A stretch of DNA of 64,000 nt. Source: the human T2T-CHM13v2.0 reference genome, Homo sapiens. Below are positions 42,063 through 56,752 of this stretch, in pieces (the stretch's first letter is position 1; each line of letters begins with the position of its first letter). The notes beneath the pieces were generated by a model that was given only the letters and a program-made list of their open reading frames with translations, did not search any database and was not told the origin of the DNA. The stretch lies in NCBI RefSeq assembly GCF_009914755.1, contig NC_060926.1, one strand, 5' to 3'. Made by a program: the position numbers and the translations under genes.

Positions 42063-44674
42063 AGAAAACAAACAACAGGCAAACGAAAACAAAACAAAAC
42101 TTTCCGGCTCCTTTCTTTTTTCTTCTTTTTTCCTTTTTCCTTTTTTTTTTTTTTTTTGCCCTGGAGGATAATTCATCGACCTGTTGGAGAGGCTGCACCT
42201 CACACCCAGCACAGGCGGTCACCTGGTCCCTCGAAAGACAGACACACGGCTGGCTAGCTTTTAGGAGCCGCAGGGTGTAGGGAAGTGACTGGGAATTCCA
42301 GCCCAGTCAAATCCCAGTCGAGGCCCTAAGCGTGAGTGGGGCTCCTCCGCAGCACATGAGGGCTCGTGAGCACTTTTGGTGACCCAACCTGGATCCGCGG
42401 TCCCTTATCTGTCAAGAGGTGGGCTGTTCCTTTCAGCCAGAGGGGCCCCGGCAGCCACCTTCTGGGCCTGTGGGGACCACGTGCTTTGGGAGGTGGATTT
42501 CTGGCTGGGCATGCAGACCAGATAGGGTGAGTCCAACATCCTTTTTTTTCTAGAATTCTGATACAGGCCATGGGAGTGAAACGGGGAAATGCACATAGAG
42601 AATAAGCTCAGGATAAATGTCGAAACACCTGAGTGGCCACTTGGTGGTGGCAGACACGCGGGGCACGTGTGCAGCTGCCTCTTTCATAGCCACGGCCTCT
42701 CTGTTCCCTGCACTGACCCTCACTGACACGATTCCCACTGCCCAGTAATCCTTTCTGAGCCACCACACTCACTAACAGCCAAACCAGCACTGAGGGGCAA
42801 GGGTTATTTGTTAGAGCTATTTAAATCTCCTTTAGTACATGACAATGTTTCAGTCCAGGATTTATCCGATGGGTCCTTCTTTACTAATTGTTATCCCTGC
42901 CAGTTAATGTCACAGGACTTCATTTGTGCATGGCCAGACATTTCTCTTGGAATCCAGCAGAGTGAAGAGTTACTCAGAGGTGGACCTGGTCTCTCCCATG
43001 TCCTAAATCCCTCCGTCAGTGAGCCCCTCCCTTTAGGAAGCACCTTCTTCCCCAAGAGATCCCCGCCTGCTTCCCTGGGACCGTTGTGAGTGTAGCTGGG
43101 AGAACTTGGTGATAGGCTAGAGACACTCTAGCCCGGGTTCTCCTGGTGCTTAGGGCTGCCCTAGTCCTAATCGGCAAAGCTCCAAGCTGCCTAATTCTGA
43201 TGGAAACTATGGTTTTGTCTGTTGCTACAAGGAAAGGGAGACCTCGCAGTTGGTCATGGCTCCTGCGGTGTCTTCTGTGCCATCGGCAGCAGCTCTGAAC
43301 CTGGAGCCAGGCTTCCCCAGGGACTCCTTCCCACAGAGGAAGAAGAGAACAAAGCTAAGTGAAGCAAAAAGCTTTCTCACATTGCTGATACGGTCATTAT
43401 GAGCAATGCTAAGAAATTGCCCTGGATTTGGATACAAAGGGAAAAAAGAAGGAGTCCTCATTGACAAGGTTTGGTTTGGGACTGAAGGCTCTCAGGACAT
43501 GGGGAAGAGGTGTGTTATTGGTGATTCTGTAATGCACAGGCCTCTGCAGAGGAAGACTGAGGACAGTGCCCAGGCTGGGAGTTGGCCAGGCTGTCTTCGT
43601 CTCAGCCTCTGCCAAAAGCTACAGAGAATTCCCCAAGCAAGTAACCGCTTTACACCCAGATTCCTGTGCATGAGCCAGAGGCTCAAATCCGCACCCACAA
43701 AACCCATGAAATACAATAGTAATCTGTTGATATTATGACTGTGTTTTGCTAATCTGAATGAGCAAAGCCACTCAGAGTGGGCCCATGGCTGGTGGGGCAC
43801 AGCTGTCCCTGAGAAGCGTGTCTGAGTGTCCCTCAGTGTGCCCCTCCCTTCTCTCTACTTTGGGATGCCCCTCCTCTAGGGAGCCCAGCAGTGCAGGGCG
43901 GGGTGGGCAGTGGCTGCTGGTCTGAGCAAGGCCCACACCAGGGCCTTTGAGAGAGACCACCGTGGGGCTGCAAAGGAGTCAACCAGAGGGAGACAGCAGA
44001 GGCTGTAAGGGCACCCCCACGGGCCCTGTGCAGTGCACACCTTGATCCACCCTAAGCAACCGTCACAAACCAGTTTGCAGTTTGTGATACTTTGGATATG
44101 AACTAAAGGTTGTGATTTTACATAATTTACAATTTTGTTAAGAAATAGTAGAATAATTGTAGGAGAAATGAAATAATAATATGGGGTTTTGTTTTTACTA
44201 GTGAGGGCTAGCCACTGGTTTAGGAAAAAAAAAAACATTGCCCACATAAATTAAAAAAAATAACACTTTTGTTTTGAAATGAGGGAATTTCAATTCCTAA
44301 AAAAAATTAAAGGAATAACACAAGTTAATGCAACAAACAACGGCAGCTGACATAGGTCGGCTGGCAACCTTGCACTCAGCGTTGGTGAGGGCGATGCTCA
44401 GGAGTGTGGGTGTGGAGGTGTGGCAGGAGCTCCCGCTGACGCCCAGAGACTTCTCGTCATGAGCCCCTCTCACAGTGACTCCTGCTACACTGTGCTCACA
44501 GCATCCTCCAACAGGATTGCATCTAGACTTCCACCACCCTGTAAGATGCTACCACATGCCTGCTTCACAGATGTGGAGACTGAGGCTGCCCAACGTCCAC
44601 AAAGAGCCTCGACTGCCATCAACGATGTGTTTGTCTGGGAGAGTTCAGTATCTTATCAATTAGAAAATGCTACC

Positions 44675-46447
44675 CCAGCATCTCTATACACCAATAACAT
44701 CCAGGCTCACCATCAATCAAGCAGGCAATCCCATTCACAGTAGCCACAAAGAAAAGGAAATACCTAGGAGCACAGCTCACCAAGGAGGTGAACAATGTCC
44801 ACAAGGAGAGCTACAAAACACTGCTGAAAGAAATCAGAGACGACACAAATAAATGGAAAAATGTCTCATGTTCATGAATTGGAAGAATCAATATTGTTAA
44901 AATGGCCATACTGCCCAAAGCAATCTGCAGATTCAATTCTATTCCTATCAAACTACCAACGTAATTCTTTACAGAGTTAGAAAAACAATGATTCTAAAAT
45001 TTCTATGAAATCAAAAAAGAGCCCAAATAGCCAAAGCAATCCTAAGCAAAATGAACAAAGCCAGAGGTTACACTCTACCTGACTTCAAAGTACACGATAA
45101 GGCTACAGTAACCAAAATAGCTTGGTACTGGTGTAAAAGCAGACACACAGACCAATGGAACACAATAGGAAACTCAGAAATAAAGCCACGCACCTACAAC
45201 CATCTGATCTTTGATAAGGCCAATGAGAACAAGCAGTGGGGAAATGGTACTGGGATAATGGCTGAGCTATTTGTAGAAGAATGAAACTAGACCCATACTT
45301 TTGCCATATACAAAAATTAACAAGATGGATTAAAGATGTAAATGTAAGATGTCAAACTATAAAAATCTGAGAAGAAAACCTAGGAAATACCCTTTTCAAC
45401 ACTGGCCTTGGCAAATATTTTTTTTGACTAGGTCTCCAAAAGCAATTGCAACAAAAACAAAAATAGACAAGAGGGACCTAATTAAACAAAAGAGCTTCTG
45501 CACAGCAAAAGAAACTATCAACGGAGCAGACAGATAACCTACAGAATAGGAGAAGATATTCACAAACTATGTCAGATGACAAATGCCTAATATCTGACAT
45601 CTATAAGGAACAAATACTTCAACAAACAAACCACAAATAACCCCATTAAAAATGGGCAAAGAACATGAACAGACACTTCTCAAAAGAAGACATACAAGTG
45701 GCCAACAGCCATGTGATAAAATGCTCAACATCACTAATCACCAGAGAACTGCAAATCAAAACCACAGTGAGACAGCATCTCATACCAGTCTGAATGGCTA
45801 TTATTAAAAAGCCAAAAACAGCAGATGCTGGAGAGGCTGTGGAGAAAAGAGAACACTTATACATTCTTGGTGGAAATGCAAATTAGTTCAGCTACTGGAC
45901 AGTAGTTTGAAGTTTTCCCAAAGCACTTAAAACAGAGCTACCATTAGACCCAGCAGTCCTGTTACTGAGATTTACCCAAATGAAAATAGATCGTTGTACC
46001 AGAAAGACACATGCACTCGTATGCTCATCACCATGCTCTTCACAATAGCAGAGGCACAGAATCAACCTAGGCGCCCATCAGTGGTGGATTAGATAAAGAA
46101 AATGCGGTACATAGACACTCTGTGATACTATGCAGCCATAAAAACAATAAAGTCTAAAGTCATGTCATTTGCAGTAACATGGATGGTGCTGGAGGCCACA
46201 AACCTAAATGAATTAATGCAGGGACAGAAAACTTTGTACCACATGTTCTTACTTGTAAGTGGGAGCTAAACATAGAGCACACAGGGACATAAACATGGGA
46301 ACAATCGACACTGTGGACACTAGAGAGGGGAGTGGGTTGGAGAAATACCTCTTGGGTACTGTGTTCACTACCTGGGTGCAATATGCCCGTGTAATGAACA
46401 TGCACAGGTACCCTCTGTATCTAAAATAAAAGTTGAAACAAAAAAGA
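44675..46447 (+). mobile_element. 5'-truncated, degenerate LINE-1 (old primate L1PA/L1PB-like): ORF2 3' part, 3'UTR and A-tail
   Basis: ORF2 remnants ([17 protein letters not shown]; [23 protein letters not shown]), ctaaaataaaagttgaa end, TSD AAAATGCTACC at 44664-44674 and 46448-46458. Confidence 0.93.
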
Positions 46448-47083
46448 AAAATGCTACCTCTATGTGACAACATTTTACTTGAAAGAATTTTTAACTAAAA
46501 CGACTCTCTGCATTTCTTCCTCTCATCTTACTTGAATCACCTTAAATTATCCTGAAGTTATAAAATGTAGATGTGACGATGCATTGACTTTCCCAGATAT
46601 TTAATTCATAAGATGCTACAACTAGATGACGCCAAGTGGATGGTACCGAATTTTAGTCGGTGACTGAACTGTCAAGAGTCTTTTGATGTGCCTATCAACT
46701 CACTGCACTCAAATGGGCAACTAAGACAGTATCTACTTTCACATGCATCCTTTACTGAATATAAAAATGTCATTTAAAAGTTTTAATTAAAACAAAAATA
46801 AAAATAAGAGGGCCTACAGTTAAAATTGCTCAGGAAAGGAAGGTCATTGGTCCTAATAATTATCCCTATTTGTAAAATGTCAGCACAGCCCTTCATGCCA
46901 GTATCTTTTGGACCACAATCAGCATTGCTCGGCTCAGTGCCCTGACAGCAGGGGGCGCTGCAGAGCAGGGGCTTCAAATTGAGGGTGCTCTGTTCCCCCT
47001 CTTCCAGCACAGAGGATGCTTGGTCTGATGAGAGCAGTTTCACAATGACAGAATGCACTTTCTTTTTCTTTTCGCAAACAAAA

Positions 47084-47396
47084 CTTTTTTTTTTTTTTGT
47101 TTGTTTGTTTGTTTTGAGATGGAGTCTCACTCTGTCACCCAGGCTGGAGTGCAGTGGCATGATCTCAACTCATTGCAATCTCTGCCTCTCAGGCTCACGT
47201 GATTCTCTTGCCTCAGCCTCCTAAGTAGCTGGGATTACAGGCGCCCACGACCATGCCCGGCTAATTTTTGTATTTTTAGTAGAGACAGGGTTTCACCATG
47301 TTGGCCAGGCTGATCTCAAACTCCTGACTTCAGGTGATCTGCCTGCCTTGGCCTCCCAAAGTCCTGGGATTACAGGCATAAGCCACCACGCCGGCC
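47084..47396 (-). mobile_element. Alu (AluS-like)
   Basis: Canonical antisense Alu with (TTTG)n tail. Confidence 0.94.
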
Positions 47397-48781
47397 CAGA
47401 GCTATTTTTTGATCAAATTTTTTTTCAGTCCATCAGCAGACAAGAATGTGTTAATGTTCTTCCAGGCGCCCAGAACATCACTGTATGTTACGAGCAATGC
47501 AGCAGCTTTAACTCTAGATGCCAGAGCTGCCTTCAAACAGGAGCAGCCGCTGGATCTTAAACCATCCTAAAAATACCTCTTCAACTATTCCATTTCCTCT
47601 ACTGCAGGAAAAAAGGAAAAGCACACAGGATTTGTGTGATTAAATACAGCTGTTGATGTAATAATAATAAACAAAACAAAAAAATACAAAACCTTCCAGG
47701 TAGGACCTTTTCATTCACCTACTCTGCTTGTGAAATTCTTACTAAATGTACATGCCTTGTTCTAGAAATGCCTATTGCCTTATGTATTCACCTTTTCTTG
47801 CAGAGAATAGATAAACATGTCTCCACAATATGAATTTCCATGAAAACCAGACAAATGCAATCACAAGATGTCCATCATGGAGATGTCTCCACTAGCTGGG
47901 ACCCAGTGATCTTTAGACCTAACTTGATTCAGGTCCTAATCTGTGGCACTGAGTCTCATAGTCTTTACACACGTCCAACTAGTGTTTCAAGTAAGTTGAA
48001 ATACGGACGTCTAATCTTACATGGGAAAGAATGGAGCTTTCTAGCCTGTGGGATGACATCTCCAAGGCACACGGTCTACTTGCTAGAGTTGAGCTGATGT
48101 CCAAAGGGCGTCGAGGTCCAGGTTTCAGGCTCTCTTTTCCTCAGTGTCCTTGGCACAGCTACTGCCTGCCTGGCCTGCCCTGGCCCTAGAGGGTGGAGCG
48201 AATCTGCAGACCCGGCCTGTGACCTAGCAGGAGCTTGCGGCCCGTGGGAAGACAGGCCGTCTTGGCAGGTGGTACCCAAGAGGTGACACAGCCATGCTGC
48301 AGGGCAGAGTGTGGCACCGAGCTCCATGGACGCAGGCAGCTGGAGAGTGGTAGGAAGGGCCGCGGACTGCCTGCAGGAGGAGAAAACTTCACCAGGGAGC
48401 GGCCTCTGCTCAGGTAGAGAGGCCATGGGGAAGTCGGGCAGGTGGAGGGAAGAAGGGAGCTCTGCAGGCGGGCGTGGTGGGGCTGGAGACAGAGGGCCAG
48501 GGAGGTGCACTCCAGAGGAGTCATGAAGGAGAGAATGAGCTGAGTCTGCAGCTGCCCAGGCAGTCAGGGGAGTTGTCTGTGTGGCCAGGAGGGCAGGGAG
48601 CAAAGAAGAGGAAGTGCCAAGATGATAGGAAGGTCTGAGCGCTGGAGAATTTGGAAGCTGGGAATAATCAAAAGGAGAACATGGGCAGAGCCCATTTGGG
48701 GGCTGGTAACCTGACAGGATTAGGCCCCCAAGGGTGGGGTGTGTTGCCTGGAGACACAGCAAAGGTGGAGATATAATAGGC

Positions 48782-49095
48782 CAGGGGTTGGCAACTTTTT
48801 CTGGAGAGGATTTTGTAGCAAATGTTTCGGCTTTGGGAACTGCGCGATTGTTTTTGTGGCCACTTGGCTCTGCCCTGCACTGTGGGAGCAACCGCAGCCT
48901 GCCCGCCAAGCCCTGAGGGCAGCCAGGTGCCAACGGCACCCTATGCATGGCATGGAAACAGAATTTCACACAGCTTTTATAGATCAGAAAATATTATTTG
49001 TCAATTGTGCTTTTCTGCAATTCTTTAAAAATGTCAAAGCCATTCTTAGCTCACCATGCAAAACAGGGTGGGTGGGCTGTGGCTTGGAGTTCCCG
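48782..49095. mobile_element. MER58-like hAT-Charlie DNA transposon
   Basis: caggggttggcaactttttctg start; tttaaaaatgtcaaagccattcttagctca internal motif. Confidence 0.7.
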
Positions 49096-49799
49096 GGAGA
49101 GGGCAGGGCCCAGACACCCAAGTGGATGCTCAGTCCTCCTCCCCTCAGCCCCTCTGTCAGCCTGCGTGGATTTCTATTTCCTATAGACAACGTGAAGCCC
49201 CTTCCTCAGCAGCCCCCGCAGCTTTCCCTGTTCTTCCTTCTCACGGGTCTCCGTCCTGGCCTCCAGACCACTGGCTGTGCTCACCATCCTGTGTGTTTCC
49301 CTACTTTTGCATGATTTCTGCTCAAACTCTACGATCTTACCTAAAGTTTGCCACTTTGGTAAAGCACACGCTAATCCTGCAGGCAGAGGGACTCCTCACT
49401 TCACTGGGCAGCAGTGTGTGTTTCACTATCTTGTGTATCCTGAGGGAAGGCATGATAGACTGACAGATGGATAGGCAGACACACAGACAGACACATAGAC
49501 AGACACAGATTGACAGATGGACAGCAAGCACTGGTGTGCTGTGTCTGGAAGGATGCAGCTGGTGAAGTGAAGATTTTGTGAGTGGTTTGATCACAGCTGG
49601 TGTGATTTAAGAGATGATTCTCCAAGGCTGTAGGGAAGGTCCTATGTTTTATTTCATTCTGTATCTCCATGGCCCTGACCTTTGGTTGCTAAGATCTGTA
49701 CTTTTCTCCCTTACGACAGGCCCATTTCTCTGCCTCTTTTTAGGAACAATGACTCAATTCTTTGTGCACCTGAAGCAAGTGTTGGCAAAGATACATTGA

Positions 49800-50233
<434 letters not shown>

Positions 50234-50284
50234 AGGAGGCTTTTAAAATCTGTCAGATGAGTCTAGTGAAATGGAAGCAGAGTG

Positions 50285-50361
50285 TCACTAAAAGCCCAGA
50301 CTTCACGCCCACACAATACATCCGTGTAACACTTGCGCCTCTAAAATTTGTACACAAATAA
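50285..50361 (+). mobile_element. Short L1 3'-end fragment (L1PB/L1MA-like)
   Basis: aaagcccagacttcac..acacaatacatccgtgtaac..ctaaaatttgtacacaaataa. Confidence 0.55.
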
Positions 50362-51353
50362 GTGGAGGGCCGGCTCATTTTCTCACTGCACTGTGGCGAG
50401 AGGCTGCATTTCCTTTGCTCTGTTTTCCTGAAGCCCTAACATTCAGCTTTCAGCCTGTCTGCTCAATAGATGCTTGTTTCTAGGGGGTCGGCTGCAAAGC
50501 ATGGCTCAGCTTTAGTGTCCACAGGAGGGCCTCTGCCGGGAATGCGATGATCAATGCCAGTAACTAACATGTGATGGCGCCACAGAGTGCGTCCTCACAC
50601 CCATCCTGTCTCGGCTGATCTTCACTGCAGCCTCGCAAGGTCAGCAGAGGACACTCTTGCTTCCTCTCTGCTCCAGAAGAAACCCATGGCACTAGGCTAA
50701 CTTGTCCAGTAGCATCCGGCTCCTAAGAATGACACCGAAAATCTGCTCAGTGGATTTGACTTCGGGTGCCCTAAAGGCACCGTGACCTGGAGACGGCTCT
50801 GCTGGTCATGACTTCACCCAGAAGCCCCCTTTCCTTCTCAGGCTGGAGTCTGACCTTAACAATGAAGCTGAAGAAAGAAATCAGCCCACACGGAACAAGA
50901 ACAACAAAAAAACAGGTGCGTAAACATGAACATCTAGTGAAAGAATGGATCAAATCCCGGTAGAACGTCAATGAATTGGAAATCATATAAGCAGCCTTCA
51001 ATTAGGAGAACTTAATTTCTTTTGATCCTTCACTTGTAGATGAACAAATGAGATGACAAGAAACCTGAAATTATTACAAAACAAACAACAAAACAAACCA
51101 ACAGAACTATTTCTGTTATACGCTACAGTCACTCCTTTTATCCATTTATGTCTGTTTCTGACCAATATATGATACCTCCAAGAAATACTAAATTTCATTC
51201 ACTATACAAATAAATTATTATTAAGGCAAGAAATACCATAGCTTAGAAAGATGTGCAGCAATTCCTGTAGAATAATAAAAATGGTTTCTGAAGTCCCCAA
51301 GCATTCAGTTTAAATATTGTGTGTGTATGTGTACTGTGATTTTAACTAAGTAC

Positions 51354-51594
51354 CTTTTTCTTTGTTTTTGATACAGAGTCTTGCTCTGTCCACCAGGCTG
51401 GAGAGCAGCAGCACAATATGAGCAGCTGGGATTATAGGCATGAGCCACCATGCCCGGCTAATTTTTGTATTTTTAGTAGAAACAGGGTTTTGCCATGTTG
51501 GCCAGGCTGGTCTTGAACTCTTGACACCAAGTGATCCGCCTGCCTCAGCCTCCCAAAGTGCTGGGATTACAGGCATGAACCACTGCAGCCAGCC
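51354..51594 (-). mobile_element. Alu with internal deletion in one arm
   Basis: Jumps from ggagagcagcagcacaatatg directly to agcagctgggattataggc. Confidence 0.88.
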
Positions 51595-52134
51595 CCAAGT
51601 ATCTTTTTCAAAGAAAAGCTTGATGACCTTTTTTAAAAAACTATTTCCTTCCCCTGTGCTAGAGAGCATCATGATAAGACTTCTAAATCATCAGAACATT
51701 TACACCCCAAGTCCCAATTGGTAAAACTTGGCAATTACGTCTATACAGCCTAGAATTTAAAGCAGACACATGGTTAGATAAATAAATAAAATTAAATAAA
51801 TACAGTCTTCCCCTCTAATGAAAAGCTACTTACCAACTAGCTTTGTAGTGAAATGGTAACTAGTTCATACTCTAGGTAGTGGTTCAAATAAGCATTGGTC
51901 AAAATAAACTACCCCTTTCCCATGAAGCCCGTGGCACTGTGTTTGTTGCATGAGCTCTATTTTGTTGGTGCCACAGCTGCCACAAGCCAGCAGGGGACGA
52001 AGCTACGGCTCTGCCGGCAGCACCCCAGGCTGGGCCTTGTTTTGCCCCATCGTCCCCAGTCACAGGGGGACTCCGGTGCCGGTCTTCTGTGAAGAGGCGA
52101 CAAGGAGGCCACCAGCTCTGGCTACCCGGCAATC

Positions 52135-52285
52135 ACTGGCGAACTTCTCAAGGGTGCCGTAGTGTCGTGCAGGGAGCACCCCAGGGATTCTGATTTTATT
52201 GGTCATGAGGGCAGGTTGGGCATGAGAATTAAGAAAAAAAATCTCCCCAGATGGTTCTCATGTGCGTGCAAGGCTGAGAACACCA
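52135..52285. mobile_element. MER5-like DNA transposon fragment
   Basis: caccccagggattctgattttattggtc...ctccccagatggttctcatgtgc..aggctgagaacacc. Confidence 0.55.
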
Positions 52286-52714
52286 AGGAGATGGGTGCAG
52301 AGCTCCTCAAAGCTCCCGGGAGCCCAGGGCTGCCTGCTCTCCCCTGCACTGTCTGTCTCAGAGGCATTTATTTAAAGGAAGCGTATAACATAAGGGCACT
52401 GTCTTCCCAGTACCACAAAAGACAATAAGCCAGTCCATAGCTTCTCCCTCTCCACATTCCACGAGCAGCCGAGTGCGCTGTCTCGGAATTATTGAGGGGA
52501 AACCATCTCCTTCCTTCCCCTGAAGTTTTGCTCACCTACAGCTGTGTGGACCTGAGGGGCTTTCAGCTCCTGGGCTGTGCTATGAAAGTCCTGTTCTTTT
52601 GGTACCCATTGAGTGACCACCACCGCTCAACTAATTTGTAGGACATTGATATACACAACAACAACATCATCAATGGCAACGTGTCTCTCATGTATAAGAG
52701 TGTGCACCTCCTAC

Positions 52715-52929
52715 CATCATCATATCCTTTGGGGGATATATCCCTGGTTTGCACCTTGGGAGCTATGGCTCGCTTGCCATAAGTATGGTTGTCGTAACTG
52801 TTGTATTCAAACGAGGTCTTGGAATATTTCTCGAGCTCCTTGGCCAGGTTGGAACGCGGCGTAGTTGTGGGGACATTGTTTCTGTAGCCATACTGAGGAA
52901 TCTCCAGCTGCTTCACAAAGCACATTGGC
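52715..52929 (-). CDS. MYT1L: MYT1L coding exon (215 nt): (R)[37 protein letters not shown]...SPKGYDD, start of the MYT1 domain
   Basis: tacttccag|GCCAATG...GATGATG|gtagga; lies within ORF 52563..52955. Confidence 0.97.
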
Positions 52930-53561
52930 CTGGAAGTAAACAAGAAAACAAACAACAGCTTGCTTTCCTGTGGCTTTGTACACGACGAGCTTCACATTAA
53001 AACTAGAATATCTTACTTTTTTAAATGTGTTAAACAATCAGAACCTTGCACTAAAACTACAACTTTTTTATTTTCTGAATAAAAGACAAAATGTCTTTTA
53101 ATTATATAGCATCAAATAAACTGCCTAACAGTCAACTTCGGCAATAAAAAAGGACAAGAAATAAAATCTTTAAATATGTCCTTTTTTCCCTCTTTCCTGT
53201 AAGAGGTCTGGTGGCTTGGTGATGACATGAGATATGAGGATGGGGACAATTCCAGTCCTGAAATTTCTTTGCAACGGTTACAAAGAGTTGCCGAATTATA
53301 CACAAAGATGTTGCCTCGATAAAAAATCCCCCTTAAAAAGTAAGATGAGGTAAAGAAATACTCTTAGGGACATAGACTGAGACAGAACCAGATCAAAATG
53401 TACCTAACTGGACAATGAGGTAGGCTAGGTGGTAATGTACCTTGTCAAGTACTAGAATATGCATTCAACGTTTTTATCTAGTAGTCATTTCTTAATGTCT
53501 TTGGAATAAAATATTTAAAAGGAAGGACACTGGGTCATTGCTCACTCATAGACACCATGTC

Positions 53562-53605
53562 GTGTGTGTGTGTGTGTGTGTGTGCGCGTGCGCGCGTGTG
53601 TGTGT
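53562..53605. repeat. (TG)n/(CG)n alternating purine-pyrimidine microsatellite
   Basis: gtgtgt...gcgcgtgcgcgcgtgtgtgtgt. Confidence 0.9.
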
Positions 53606-53639
53606 CCACCTCTTCATCGGTCTAGCTCATAAGAGGAGT

Positions 53640-53980
53640 TTTTAGACTTTATACTTGAAATAACTTTAGACTTGCAGAAAAGTTGTACAGAGGTTTTCTT
53701 TACACCCTGACACCAAATTCCACCAATGTGACCATCTTCATAACCGTCAGACAAGAGCAAAACCAGGCGACTAACATTAGTATGGAGTTCTTTCCTAAAC
53801 CAGAGGCTGTATTTGGATCTGACCAGTTTCTCCACAGATGTCCTTTTTCTGACACAGCCATGCAGGGTCCCACAGTGCACTAAGGGTCCTGCGTTCTGTC
53901 CTCCCCCTCGACAGCTCCTCAGTCTCACCGGGCTCAAGGCTTCATGGATTGGACACTGAAGAGCTGGTCAGGTTTTGTAG
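53640..53980 (-). mobile_element. Ancient L1M (L1MC/L1MD-like) 3'UTR fragment
   Basis: ttgaaataactttagacttgcagaaaagttg...caccaatgtgaccatctt pattern. Confidence 0.55.
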
Positions 53981-54306
<326 letters not shown>

Positions 54307-54362
54307 TAGATGCACTGTTAATCGTAACATCCTACAGTCTCATCTGCCATCTTTGTATTTTT

Positions 54363-54766
<404 letters not shown>

Positions 54767-54893
54767 TTTTTCAAAAAAATACTTACAGACCTTTTCACAT
54801 CAGCATCATTTTACACACTATAAAGCTAACAAAATATTGAATTTTAAAAGCAGAGAGTTTCTTGTTGAATTTTTATCATTCTAAATTATATAA

Positions 54894-55286
<393 letters not shown>

Positions 55287-56430
55287 AGGAAGACAGTAAT
55301 TTTTGAGTAAGATCCTATTTCTTGATTACTAGTATCAGTAAGATCTGCAAATATTGCCTGTACCTCTAGCACAAATGTGAAATTTTAGCAGATATATGAA
55401 ATTATAATATCAGCAGGTACAAACGTGTACTGTTTAGGAAGGAAACTCTTTGGCAACTGATGTGCAAACAATATTTTGATTGTTCTCCCTGGGGATGGAA
55501 ATCTGAGGGGTTTTGATTTGTTCCTTTCCTAACTTATTTTCCACAAGTATTCTTGTGTGTCTGAATAAATATATTTTCTCTTGAGTCCTTGCTCTCTTCC
55601 TAAAGGTGATGCACACAGGCACACCAAAATCATCTATACTTGCCTTACAGGTAACAGGTTTAAAACTATTGTCTTGCTTTTTTATGATTATTTTCATGAT
55701 TATATTTTGCTTTTTTATGATTCACTGAAAAAATATTTAGAAGACACAAAAGCTATTTTTTAAAAAATCGCCTACAGATCTTCTAGAGACAAAAACTTTT
55801 AAGGTTTTGGTGTATTTTTTATGATTAACTTAATGCATTTTATATTTACTTTAAATAGTTAGAATCTTACACTTTTACATATTTTATGCTTCCATTTTAC
55901 ATGAGATTTAATTTCCCTTTTTGTTTCTCAGGCTTTAAAAACAGTTCTTAATAGCAGAATGATATTGAAATCAATGAATATTATACTATTTAACTATTTT
56001 CCAACTTTTTCATTTTGTTGCTGTTATAAATTCTGACTTAATAGGCATCCATGTAGATAATGTCTTTTTACTCTGATTATTTCATAAATTTATATTGGTT
56101 TTGGTGCAGTTACAAAGTTTTGATAACTGAATTTTTTAAGAAAAGAAAGTCAGATTTTAGACTGATAGCCATATCTATACTTTTATAGCAGTATTGGATA
56201 TATATCCAATTATATATATGTAAATTGGATATTGGTTAAATATCCAATTTATTTACCAAATCACCAATACATGTATTGCGATTTCATTAATTTAGCCGAT
56301 TTACTTCTTGTCAAATCAATAAAATCATGTAATAATTGACTGTCTATTGTCCTTGAGACATTTTCCCAGATAATATGATGGTACATAAATGAATAAACCT
56401 GTAGGCCTTGCTTTAAAAGATGCTGGGGCA

Positions 56431-56752
56431 GGCTGGGCATGGTGGCTCATGCCTGTAATCCCAACACTTTGAGAGGCTGAGCCAGGAGGATCACTTGAGC
56501 CCAGGAGTTTGAGACCCACCAGAGCAATATAGGGAGACCCTGTCTCTCCAAAATAATAATAATAATAATAAATAAATAAAAAATAATAAAAAAAATATTA
56601 GCCAGGTGTGGTGGTGCATGCCCATTGTCCCAGCTACTCAGGTGGTTGAGGCGGGAGGATTGCTTGAGCCCAGGACATCAAGGCTACAGTGAGCCATAAT
56701 TGTGCCACTGTACTCCAGCCTGGGTGACAGAGTGAGACCCTGTCTCTAAAAA
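56431..56752 (+). mobile_element. AluJ-like element with (AAT)n-expanded linker
   Basis: ggctgggcatggtggctcatgcctgtaatccc; AluJ-type ggattgcttgagcccagga. Confidence 0.92.

Noticed and set aside
45051-45864. Short ORFs with L1 ORF2 similarity as an active gene
   Set aside because: Fragmented by stops and frameshifts; 5'-truncated dead L1
48076-48969. 297-aa minus-strand ORF
   Set aside because: No recognisable domain; partly overlaps a MER58-like element; GC-rich chance ORF
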